The notes under the pieces: model-generated
What the model saw: only the letters and a program-made list of their open reading frames with translations
Databases searched by the model: none
What the model was told of the DNA's origin: nothing
Made by a program: the position numbers and the translations under genes
Part shown: positions 8,222 to 15,614 of the stretch, one piece after another
Position numbering within the stretch: position 1 is the stretch's first letter
Layout: every line of letters begins with the position of its first letter
Source of the DNA: Candidatus Uhrbacteria bacterium
Lineage (GTDB): Bacteria > Patescibacteriota > Patescibacteriia > UBA9934 > UBA11717
Assembly: GCA_003509895.1 (NCBI GenBank)
Contig: DOMJ01000003.1
Location: 351 to 43,961 of the forward strand
Direction of reading: 5' to 3'
Length of the DNA stretch: 43,611 nt

Positions 8222-8845
8222 CTATTTTCTGAATGTATAGGAGATTGGAACGCCGTCTGTGGAGGGATTGAAGCTGATCGTGAGGACGCTTAAATCGTTG
8301 CTGATTGTGTAGGTGTAGGCCATGTGCAACCCATCAGCATCGGTGCTCACGGGCCCGGTACCAAGGGGAGGCGTTGTTCCACTCACCTCAATGGCTATGC
8401 CATTTGCCTGACAACGGAGCGTTGCGTTGCTCCCGGTTGGATACACCTTCAGAGTCGCCTCACTCTGTGCCGTGTCAAATGATGCCTTAAAGCTTCCACC
8501 GCCATATCCAATTCCCTCGCACGTGCTTACGCCCGGATATTCCGGTAGGCTCCTTTCTTTTAATTCATTCGTCCAATCCTCACCGTAGGCACCGTAATTT
8601 GATTCGCCGAGGTTGTTAATGGCAAACGTTGTTTCTCGACCGCTGAATGGATGAGTCTGTCCGGCAATAAGCACGGAGTCCAGTGTCCAGCTTCCAAGAA
8701 GCGCTTCATCCACGCCGTCAGCATTAATACAGCTATTCCACGGGGTTGTGGCAAGACATTGAGCAAAGGGGTCGCCGGATAAACAACCAGCACCCAGGAG
8801 CACGAGAGAGAGCACAAGGGCTCCAAATACGTTTGGTATTTTCAT
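8222..8845 (-). CDS. lipoprotein, function unknown
   Basis: Start set at 'MKIPNVFGALVLSLVLLGAGC' (signal peptide plus lipobox). The track ORF extends to 8884. Confidence 0.65.
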   Translation of the reverse strand: MKIPNVFGALVLSLVLLGAGCLSGDPFAQCLATTPWNSCINADGVDEALLGSWTLDSVLIAGQTHPFSGRETTFAINNLGESNYGAYGEDWTNELKERSLPEYPGVSTCEGIGYGGGSFKASFDTAQSEATLKVYPTGSNATLRCQANGIAIEVSGTTPPLGTGPVSTDADGLHMAYTYTISNDLSVLTISFNPSTDGVPISYTFRK

Positions 8846-8874
8846 AGAAAGAGGAAAGGAATAAAGATAATGAA

Positions 8875-8883
8875 AGTATAGCA
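8875..8883 (-). promoter_or_regulatory. extended -10 promoter element TGcTATACT (minus strand)
   Basis: The reverse complement reads TGCTATACT, about 30 nt upstream of the ATG at 8845. Confidence 0.4.
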
Positions 8884-8989
8884 TAGGGTGCAGAACACAC
8901 GGAGTAAGAGGGAGTTGATGCTTTTGACAAAGGGCATGGTTTGGGAGAAAATGTATTTACATTAACTTAAGTGCTCTATAAAACGCTCT

Positions 8990-9400
8990 ATGAAACGCAC
9001 AACACTTGGCGGCATGGTTATCGTGGCGCCGTTTGCTCTCCTGTTCTTGATCCTTATTGCGTATGCAATTTCTAACGCGGTTGCGAGTACGATGATTTTA
9101 GAGGGCTCGCTTTCCAATCAAGTAACCTCTGCAGACACAGCGAGTTTAAACAGCAATCCCTCGGATCAAGCGGCATTAAAAATAAATCCATCCGCATTAA
9201 CCATGGAGGATTCGGAGACGACCGCCTTCCAGGTGCAAGGTGAATCCGTTGATTCTTCCGTTAATGCTTCCGTTGTTGTTATGAGCATTTTCAATGCCGT
9301 TCTTGGGTTCTTGGGTGTGCTGGCTGTGCTCGGCATGTTTGTTTGTGTTCCATTGGGAATCTACTTGCTTGCAACAAAAGGAAAAGCACAAAAGTCATGA
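8990..9400 (+). CDS. small two-TM membrane protein with an S/T/N-rich extracytoplasmic loop
   Basis: TM helices lie at both ends ('MVIVAPFALLFLILIAYAI', 'LGFLGVLAVLGMFVCVPLGIYLL'). TATAAA at 8977-8982 is 7 nt upstream of the ATG. The stop overlaps the next start (ATGA). Confidence 0.6.
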   Translation: MKRTTLGGMVIVAPFALLFLILIAYAISNAVASTMILEGSLSNQVTSADTASLNSNPSDQAALKINPSALTMEDSETTAFQVQGESVDSSVNASVVVMSIFNAVLGFLGVLAVLGMFVCVPLGIYLLATKGKAQKS

Positions 9401-9987
9401 TGGAGGTTGAGAAAAAATTTTATCTTTCCCCGGAGGAAGAGGCCCGATTAATTGAGGGGGCAACCCGGGTGTCCACAAAAACGATCGGCGATGTGTATTT
9501 TGATCGAGGCGTGGAGTTGTGTATAACGGATCGATGGTTACGATTGCGCGACGGAATATTTGAGCTAAAATTGCCGATGCACGTCGTGGCCGATGGGAAA
9601 CCGTCCGTGGATCGGTACCAGGAGATAGAAAACGACGCAGACATTATCGCGGCTCTTGAGCTCAACCTTTCCGAGCTGTCGGAAGAGACACTTACAGCGA
9701 TTGGATTTGAAAGAATCTCCGACTATAAAACGGAGCGCACAAGCTACCAGAAGGATGGCTTTACGATCGTCTTTGACAAGATGGATTTTGGGTTTGAAAT
9801 TTGTGAGATTGAGCGCGTGGTTCCTGAGGGAACGGATTTAAATCAAGTGGCCGATGAGATTCTTGTGTTTGCGCGTAAACATGGCCTAAAAGAGGAACGT
9901 GTGCTTGGAAAATTACTCGTGTATTTGCAACGGAGGGACCCGGTTCGCTTTCAAGCCATGCAGGAGGCTGGCGTTATTCCTGAATAA
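9397..9987 (+). CDS. CYTH-domain (triphosphate tunnel metalloenzyme) protein, ThTPase-like
   Basis: N-terminal ExExK signature 'EVEKKF', then 'WLRLR', 'ELKLP', 'YQEIE' and 'DFGFEICEIE'. The C-terminal 'LLVYLQRRDP' resembles the 25-kDa thiamine triphosphatase as I recall it. Start set at the ATGA overlap with the upstream gene (track ORF starts at 9343). Confidence 0.75.
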   Translation: MMEVEKKFYLSPEEEARLIEGATRVSTKTIGDVYFDRGVELCITDRWLRLRDGIFELKLPMHVVADGKPSVDRYQEIENDADIIAALELNLSELSEETLTAIGFERISDYKTERTSYQKDGFTIVFDKMDFGFEICEIERVVPEGTDLNQVADEILVFARKHGLKEERVLGKLLVYLQRRDPVRFQAMQEAGVIPE

Positions 9988-9990
9988 TCT

Positions 9991-11103
9991 ATGACAACAC
10001 AAGATCGCATCCAAGCGTTACTCGTGGGCTCGGGCATCACCATAAACGGATCAGAAACGTGGGATCCACAAATAAGGCAGGAAGGCTTTTACAAGCGAGT
10101 TTTGACAAAGGCAAATCTTGGATTGGGAGAGGCGTTTATGGACGGCTGGTGGGAGTGCCGTCAGATAGACGAGTTTATTTGTCGATTATTGAAGGTGGAT
10201 ATAAAGGATCGTCTTAAGCGCGATTGGCCGTCTGTGGCTATTGCGCTTGCTTCGGTACTACTCAACAGGCAATCAAGTAAACGCGCGTTCCATATTGGAG
10301 AGGTACATTATGATGCCGGAAACGATTTGTATGAGGCGATGTTGGATACGCGGATGGTGTATACCTGTGGATATTGGAAACAGGCACAAACGCTGGAAGA
10401 CGCGCAAGAGGCCAAGTTGGATTTGGTGTGTAAAAAAATCGGATTAAAGGCAGGTGACACAGTGTTGGACATTGGATGCGGATGGGGAAGCTTTGCCAAG
10501 TTTGCGGCCGAGCGGTACGGGGCGCAAGTGGTAGGCATTACGGTTTCCAAGGAACAAAAGAGGCTCGCAGAGGACCGTTGTAAGGGGTTGCCGGTAGAAA
10601 TTCGTTTACAGGATTACAGAGACGTAAACGAGCCGTTTGATCACATCGTGTCTCTTGGAATGATTGAACATGTTGGGTATAAAAATTATCAAACCTACAT
10701 GAAGGTAGCGGCAAAAAATCTTAAAGAGGGCGGAATGTTTTTGCTGCACACCATCGGGTCTCTTGAATCCGGTATCTCCACCGACCCGTGGATTGAAAAA
10801 TATATTTTCCCTAATTCTATGTTGCCGAGCCTTGCACAGCTTACAAAGGCGGTAGAAGGGTTGTTTGTAGTGGAGGATGTGCAGAACTTTGGGGCAGATT
10901 ACGACAAAACGCTCATGGCGTGGTTTGCCAATTTTCATGCCGCCTGGCCACAATTACGGGATCAGTACGATGAGCGATTCTATAAAATGTGGAAATATTA
11001 CCTGCTTTCCTGTGCGGGATCGTTTAGGTCTCGTAGGAATCAGTTATGGCAAATGGTGCTCTCCAAAGGTGGAGTAGAGGGTGTGTACCAATCCGTGCGA
11101 TAA
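9991..11103 (+). CDS. cfa: cyclopropane-fatty-acyl-phospholipid synthase
   Basis: 370 aa. SAM motif 'VLDIGCGWGSFAKFAAERYGAQVVGITVS', plus 'IVSLGMIEHVG' and 'YYLLSCAGSFR', typical of the Cfa/mycolic acid cyclopropane synthase family. Confidence 0.9.
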   Translation: MTTQDRIQALLVGSGITINGSETWDPQIRQEGFYKRVLTKANLGLGEAFMDGWWECRQIDEFICRLLKVDIKDRLKRDWPSVAIALASVLLNRQSSKRAFHIGEVHYDAGNDLYEAMLDTRMVYTCGYWKQAQTLEDAQEAKLDLVCKKIGLKAGDTVLDIGCGWGSFAKFAAERYGAQVVGITVSKEQKRLAEDRCKGLPVEIRLQDYRDVNEPFDHIVSLGMIEHVGYKNYQTYMKVAAKNLKEGGMFLLHTIGSLESGISTDPWIEKYIFPNSMLPSLAQLTKAVEGLFVVEDVQNFGADYDKTLMAWFANFHAAWPQLRDQYDERFYKMWKYYLLSCAGSFRSRRNQLWQMVLSKGGVEGVYQSVR

Positions 11104-11173
11104 AAGAGATAAACGATTGAAGTCAAAAAGGCGCTTATTTTAGTCAAATATTTTAGTTCAAACAAACGAGGGG

Positions 11174-11202
11174 TTGACAAACGCCTCGTTTTGTGTTATA
11201 AA
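11174..11202 (+). promoter_or_regulatory. near-consensus sigma70-type promoter (TTGACA-17-TGtTATAAA)
   Basis: TTGACA at 11174-11179, a 17-nt spacer, and TATAAA at 11197-11202 preceded by TGt. The -35 box sits in the loop of a hairpin (AACGAGG 11165-71 / CCTCGTT 11184-90, then TTTTGTGTT) that could also act as the cfa terminator. Confidence 0.6.
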
Positions 11203-11208
11203 GGGTCC

Positions 11209-11670
11209 ATCGCAATGGGTGAGCAACTGGCTCCCAGCGATTGACGGCGACCGCCCCTTCTGGGGCGAGACAATCGTTGCTCTCTGCGGAGAGAGTAACG
11301 TGTCGGCCCTGAAAAGCCGATAGATCCCCAATGGTACTCCGTCATTGGTACCAAAGGGCGTGGCAGCGACGGCGGCTGCAACGGTCCAGTTCGTCTTTGG
11401 CAAAACAGGAGCAATCCTACCATTGACGACCGATACAGAGGAAAGAAAGGAACGCGTTCGTGCTGTAAGCGCGTGGGTACCTTTCCTCTGTATGGACCAA
11501 AAAAAACATACGGCCAATCCCTCCCGTCCGATTGGGTGAGGCCGTTTGCAGGGGGTGTGCCGGAGGCACGCCGGCGCACCCCCTCCCTTTCCCTCACGGG
11601 GAAAGAACATCGACGTCCGCGAGGCGCTTAGCATGGAGTTATCCATCTGCTGGCGCCTCGTTTTCGTTTT
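11209..11670 (+). ncRNA. candidate large structured ncRNA, family not recognised
   Basis: It lies between the promoter above and a terminator (GAGGCGC 11621-27 / GCGCCTC 11653-59, then TTTTCGTTTT). Many local helices are present, including 13-bp stems at 11433-45/11481-93 and 11551-63/11571-83. I counted 69/100 GC in 11521-11620. No ORF has an SD. The end coordinates are estimates. Confidence 0.5.
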
Positions 11671-11712
11671 ACGCGCACGTCATCTAATTTCGTTGCGTTT
11701 ACCGCTCAATAT

Positions 11713-11721
11713 TGTTACTGT
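11713..11721 (+). promoter_or_regulatory. extended -10 element TGtTACTGT, 7 nt upstream of the rlmD-like ATG
   Basis: A possible -35 TTGCGT lies 17 nt upstream. There is no SD between the box and the ATG at 11729. Confidence 0.4.
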
Positions 11722-11728
11722 GCGGCAC

Positions 11729-13009
11729 ATGGAACGCGTTACGATAGAAAAAATGGTCTTTGGCGGGCAGGGGATGGGGCGTCTTGCAGACGGTCCGATT
11801 GCTTTTGTCTGGAACGCTCTCCCGGGCGAGGAGGTGGAAATAGAGGTGATCAAAAAAAAGCACGGATATCGTGAGGGCATTGCACGCACGATTTTACAAC
11901 CATCTGTGGATCGCATAGAGCCGTTGGAGCCCGGATCGTATTTATCTACGTCTCCTTGGCAGATGATGACCTTTGAGGCAGAGCAACGGTACAAGACAGA
12001 GATGGCTCGAGAAGCATTTGCCAAACTCGGCCATATAGAATTTCAGGCATTACCGATTGAGGGAGATGCGTCTGCTCTGTACGGCTACCGCAACAAAATA
12101 GAATTTTCTTTTTTTACAGAAACCCGCGAGTCTCCGTTGCAACTCTGTTTTTACGCACGCGGTTCCCATCAAAAAATTGCCGTAGAGGGCAGCGCGTTGG
12201 CTGAGCCGATTATCAATGAAGTCGCACACCGCGTATTGGATTGGCTCATTGCGCAGAAAATCAATCGCTTGGATTTAAAAACGCTGATTGTGCGCAGTAA
12301 TGGGCAAGGACAAGCCATTGCCGCATTGTTTGTAAAAGAAACGCTGGATGTAGATGTGTATCCGGAGCTCACCGGGCAGTTTAAGGGATTTCAAATTTAT
12401 TATTCCAACCCAAAAAGCCCCGCGTCTGTCCCAACCGATTTGTTGTACTCACAGGGCGACGATTTTTTATTGGTGGACATTCAGAGCGTTACCATGCGCT
12501 GTGGCCTGCTCAGCTTCTTTCAGGTCAATCAACCGATCTTTGCTAAAACCCTCACGGATATTCAAACGTTTCTTGGACCACAACAGCACATTGTGGATGT
12601 GTACTCCGGCGTTGGATCCATTGGTCTGACGCTTGCGAGTAAGGCCGCATCTGTGACGCTTGTTGAGAGTAACAGCGAGGCGTGTGCGTACGCGCGGCAA
12701 AATGTTGCGTTAAACAAATTTACCAATGTGTCGGTTGTAGAGGCGACAGCAGAACGCGTGGTGGAGGAGATTGTGGGAGATCGGATGATTATTTTAGACC
12801 CACCGCGCGCCGGTGTTCATACAGATGTGATTGATCGCCTTTTGGAGGTATTGCCACCAAAAATTGCGTACCTCTCCTGTAATATTTCTACACAAGCACG
12901 CGACATCCAACTTTTGTTAGGGTCCTACAAAATTGTTCACGCAGCTCTTTACAACTACTTTCCAAGAACACCGCACGTGGAATCTTTGGTGTTTCTGGAG
13001 CGGCGTTAA
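11729..13009 (+). CDS. 23S rRNA (uracil-5-)-methyltransferase, RumA/RlmD/TrmA family (TRAM plus SAM MTase)
   Basis: Start set at 'MERVTIEKMVFGGQGMGRL' (TRAM domain); the track ORF starts at 11546 inside the GC-rich spacer. MTase motifs 'VDVYSGVGSIG' and 'ILDPPRAGV', with the catalytic 'YLSCN'. Confidence 0.85.
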   Translation: MERVTIEKMVFGGQGMGRLADGPIAFVWNALPGEEVEIEVIKKKHGYREGIARTILQPSVDRIEPLEPGSYLSTSPWQMMTFEAEQRYKTEMAREAFAKLGHIEFQALPIEGDASALYGYRNKIEFSFFTETRESPLQLCFYARGSHQKIAVEGSALAEPIINEVAHRVLDWLIAQKINRLDLKTLIVRSNGQGQAIAALFVKETLDVDVYPELTGQFKGFQIYYSNPKSPASVPTDLLYSQGDDFLLVDIQSVTMRCGLLSFFQVNQPIFAKTLTDIQTFLGPQQHIVDVYSGVGSIGLTLASKAASVTLVESNSEACAYARQNVALNKFTNVSVVEATAERVVEEIVGDRMIILDPPRAGVHTDVIDRLLEVLPPKIAYLSCNISTQARDIQLLLGSYKIVHAALYNYFPRTPHVESLVFLERR

Positions 13010-13011
13010 CG

Positions 13012-13020
13012 TGTTACAAT
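13012..13020 (+). promoter_or_regulatory. extended -10 element TGtTACAAT upstream of the dsbA-vkor pair
   Basis: TGTTACAAT lies 18 nt upstream of the ATG at 13039. Confidence 0.45.
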
Positions 13021-13038
13021 ACATACCAATAATGATCT

Positions 13039-13785
13039 ATGAAAAATTCAACCAAAAAAAGTCTTTACCTGTGGGGAGGGTCGTTCCTTGCTCTGGGCTT
13101 ATTAGTTTGGGGTCTTGCAAGAATGAGTGGTGGGTATAACAGTGGAACGTTTAACGCGGTTCCGTTGGACCTCACTTCTGCGGCGGAGTTTGAGCACGTG
13201 AAGGGTCCGATGGATGCGGGTGTGACCATTGTGGAGTATTCGGATTTTCAGTGCCCATATTGTAAGCAAGCCGTCCCGGTGGTGGAGCAGATTTTGGCAG
13301 AGTATCCGGACACGGTGAACCTTATTTACAGACACTACCCATTAAGACAAGCACACGCACAGACGCAACTGGCGGCAGAGGTATCGGAGGCGGCGGGTAG
13401 ACAGGGAAAATTTTGGGAAATGCATGATGTTTTGTTTGCCAATCAAGAAAAATGGTCGGGAAATTTGGGAGCTCGATCCATTTTTGAAGCGTATGCCGAG
13501 GCATTAGAATTAGACGTTGCATTATTTAAAACAGATTTACAGGATCGGGCGCTCGCAGAGAAGGTTCAACATGATTATGAAAGTGGCAACGATGCCGGTG
13601 TACGGGGAACCCCTACGTTTTTTATTAATGGCGTTAAGTTAAAAGTCCCCAGTTATGCCGGATTTGTGGAGGCCATCAATACGGAACTTGACCGCCTGGA
13701 GGAGGTGCGCGAATCCACGATCAATGCGGGAGAAAGCGGCAGTAATCCGGAAACAGTAGGAACGGATGCTCCAACAGCTGAATAA
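13039..13785 (+). CDS. DsbA-family thiol:disulfide oxidoreductase (membrane-anchored or secreted)
   Basis: N-terminal TM 'LWGGSFLALGLLVWGL', thioredoxin-fold CxxC 'FQCPYC' and 'GTPTFFING'. Confidence 0.85.
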   Translation: MKNSTKKSLYLWGGSFLALGLLVWGLARMSGGYNSGTFNAVPLDLTSAAEFEHVKGPMDAGVTIVEYSDFQCPYCKQAVPVVEQILAEYPDTVNLIYRHYPLRQAHAQTQLAAEVSEAAGRQGKFWEMHDVLFANQEKWSGNLGARSIFEAYAEALELDVALFKTDLQDRALAEKVQHDYESGNDAGVRGTPTFFINGVKLKVPSYAGFVEAINTELDRLEEVRESTINAGESGSNPETVGTDAPTAE

Positions 13786-13786
13786 C

Positions 13787-14224
13787 ATGACATCCAAGTT
13801 GACAACGTGGATTGCGCGAGGACTCCTCTTGGTGAGTCCGATTGGGTTTTTGGATGCAACATACCTCACGCTCAAACACTACGCCGGTCAAACGGTCGGC
13901 TGCACCATTACGCAAGGGTGCGAGATTGTTACCACAAGCAGCTACTCTGTTTTTTATGGTATTCCTGTGGCGTTATTTGGAGTACTCTATTATCTGCTTA
14001 TTGTTTTGCTGATGATAGCCTATGTTGATCGTAAGCAAGAGAACGTCATTCGTCTTGCCTGTTGGATCACGCCTGTGGGTTTTGTCGCATCTTTGTACTT
14101 TGTTGGTATTCAAGCGTTTGTTTTACAGGCCTGGTGTCAGTATTGTATTGGGTCTGCCATAACATCCACTCTTTTGTTTTTGTTGGGAATGACTTACTTG
14201 GCAACGCATAAACGCTCAAATTAA
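13787..14224 (+). CDS. vitamin K epoxide reductase (VKOR) family protein
   Basis: Loop cysteines 'GCTITQGC', 'SSYSVFYGIPVALFGVLYY' and active-site 'CQYC'. The ATG is 1 nt after the dsbA stop. Confidence 0.85.
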   Translation: MTSKLTTWIARGLLLVSPIGFLDATYLTLKHYAGQTVGCTITQGCEIVTTSSYSVFYGIPVALFGVLYYLLIVLLMIAYVDRKQENVIRLACWITPVGFVASLYFVGIQAFVLQAWCQYCIGSAITSTLLFLLGMTYLATHKRSN

Positions 14225-14225
14225 T

Positions 14226-14396
14226 ATGTTGTGGTATTGGATCCTTGGAGCCCTGTTTGTGATTCTCCTTACTTTATTTGTGGGAGCGGTGATGGCAAAA
14301 AAAACAGAATCCGTTCTCGTGGGAGAAGTATGGGCTGTTTTCTTTCTCATTATTTTCGTAGGTGTCTATTTTTTGATCGGTGCTCTGTTGCGCTAG
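14226..14396 (+). CDS. unlisted 56-aa two-TM micro-protein
   Basis: My own translation: MLWYWILGALFVILLTLFVGAVMAKKTESVLVGEVWAVFFLIIFVGVYFLIGALLR*. It starts 1 nt after the VKOR stop. It is below the 60-aa track cut-off. The overlapping track ORF 14231..14443 looks non-coding. Confidence 0.45.
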   Translation: MLWYWILGALFVILLTLFVGAVMAKKTESVLVGEVWAVFFLIIFVGVYFLIGALLR

Positions 14397-14466
14397 CTGT
14401 CCACAGAAATAGTTTTGATACAAGCGTGCATGAGATACAATAACCGTATCATTCTTATTCTATTTT

Positions 14467-15528
14467 ATGGCATATAACATTCCAACTGGACCGATTGGCC
14501 AGATGAATCTCGGGGGCGGACCGATGCGTACCAAAAAGCAGCCGAATATTTTACAAGCAATTGCCGGAGCCTTTGTAGGTGTACTGCTTGTTCTTGGGTC
14601 GCCTGTGGCTATGTGGATGGCGGGCTCCCAGCACCGAGCAAAAGATTTTCAGGCGGCGCAACAGGTGAACGCCGATACGGCCGTGTCGGGATACGTTACA
14701 TTACGTGGAACCCCATCCTTTGTTATAAAAGGGGCAGGAGAAAATTGTTTTGGGGGATCTTGTGTGTATGAGCATGAGAGTGTAGAACGATTGGAAACAA
14801 AGCAAAGTTTAGAGTGTTCCAAAGACATAAAACAAGATGGGATGACACGCATTCTCTCCCAAGACGGATCGGAATACAACGATGAAACAGGAGAAACGGT
14901 ACCGTGTTATCAAGTGGAGCGAGACAGTTGGGTCGTAAAGGCGGAGCACGTTTTGGCGAACGATCTATTGGTTGGAGCCTATACGATTACGCCAAATGAG
15001 TCGGCAGAATATTTGGAAACGATTGAAACAATCAACGAAACAGAACTTGATTTAAATGAGAAGGTGATTGCAAGAAGCGTTTACACAACCTTTTTAACAC
15101 CGGATCAGTTGCTTGTTGCAGGTGAATCAACAAACGGTCGTATTGTGCAACCATTAGAGAAGACGTATGTTTTCTCTCAATTTGACCACGCGCTCACCTT
15201 GCAGAAATTAGGTGAAAGAGACAAGGAAAGCCGAATGGTTCTTTGGGTCATCACATTTTTTATGATCTTTATTGGGTATAGTTTGATTTTTGGACCACTA
15301 CACTCGCTTGCACGTATTGCGTTGCACATTCCGGGACTCGCCCCCGTGGGACGCGCGATTGCGCAAGGGTCACGAGCGATGATCGGGGTGCTTTCCTTTA
15401 TTCTCTCCGTTCTTACTTGGATTATTGTGTGGTTCTTTGTCACGATTATTCAGATCTGGTGGATTGGACTGATTGTGCTCGTTCTCCTTGGAGGCTTTGG
15501 TTGGTGGCTCTCAAAACGAAATAAATAA
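14467..15528 (+). CDS. membrane protein, possibly TMEM43/DUF1625-like topology
   Basis: One N-terminal TM ('AIAGAFVGVLLVLGSPVAMWMAG'), a loop of about 200 aa, then 3-4 C-terminal TM helices. The family guess is from architecture only. Confidence 0.4.
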   Translation: MAYNIPTGPIGQMNLGGGPMRTKKQPNILQAIAGAFVGVLLVLGSPVAMWMAGSQHRAKDFQAAQQVNADTAVSGYVTLRGTPSFVIKGAGENCFGGSCVYEHESVERLETKQSLECSKDIKQDGMTRILSQDGSEYNDETGETVPCYQVERDSWVVKAEHVLANDLLVGAYTITPNESAEYLETIETINETELDLNEKVIARSVYTTFLTPDQLLVAGESTNGRIVQPLEKTYVFSQFDHALTLQKLGERDKESRMVLWVITFFMIFIGYSLIFGPLHSLARIALHIPGLAPVGRAIAQGSRAMIGVLSFILSVLTWIIVWFFVTIIQIWWIGLIVLVLLGGFGWWLSKRNK

Positions 15529-15533
15529 GAATC

Positions 15534-15605
15534 AAAAAACAGCCCTTCTAGGTCTTTGTGAGGTACAACGCATGTATCTCTTAGACAAGGGGCTGTTTTG
15601 TTTTT
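15534..15605. terminator. long bidirectional terminator hairpin
   Basis: AAAACAGCCC (15536-45) pairs with GGGCTGTTTT (15590-99), with inner pairing. It is flanked by an A-run and a T-run and lies between convergent genes. Confidence 0.7.
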
Positions 15606-15614
15606 AATCGGTCG

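Noticed and set aside
9397-9400. Possible UGA recoding (genetic code 25, as in some CPR lineages).
   Set aside because: TGA clearly functions as a stop at several well-defined gene ends and ATGA junctions: 9398, 36810, 40208, 42079, 42882 and 43376. No recognised protein needs read-through of an in-frame TGA. The standard code 11 fits.
11165-11190. Treating the hairpin AACGAGG...CCTCGTT plus TTTTGTGTT purely as the cfa terminator, which would dismiss the overlapping promoter.
   Set aside because: I did not fully reject this. The hairpin may well terminate cfa. However, the TTGACA in its loop and the TGtTATAAA exactly 17 nt downstream are too close to consensus to ignore. Both roles are recorded, and the ambiguity is noted in the promoter's confidence.
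11158-11646. Long ORFs across the GC-rich spacer: 11158..11646 (-), 11196..11597 (-), 11345..11539 (+), and the N-terminal extension of 11546..13009.
   Set aside because: The translations are A/G/P/R/S-rich low-complexity strings. None has an SD or a plausible start context. They run straight through many perfect hairpins and a promoter/terminator pair. Long open frames on several strands are expected by chance in GC-rich sequence. The methyltransferase starts at its TRAM domain (11729).
11209-11670. Identification of the structured RNA as RNase P RNA, tmRNA, SRP RNA, 6S RNA or a cobalamin riboswitch.
   Set aside because: GAGGAAAG at 11438-45 looked like RNase P CR-I at first. It is simply one arm of a 13-bp local hairpin, it lacks the following UCCGGGC, and no ACAGAAnCCGGCUUA-type partner is present. 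There is no tRNA-like 3' end (T-arm plus CCA-adjacent acceptor) and no GGGG...UUCGAC 5' end for tmRNA. There is no SRP domain IV motif. GCUGCAACGGU resembles part of a B12 element, but the rest of that core (GGGAA, B12 box) is absent. I therefore left it unassigned.
14231-14443. The listed 70-aa ORF (GTG start) after the VKOR gene.
   Set aside because: The translation is Cys/Arg/Ser-rich and unlike a real protein. The overlapping frame starting at the ATG at 14226 gives a clean two-TM micro-protein instead.
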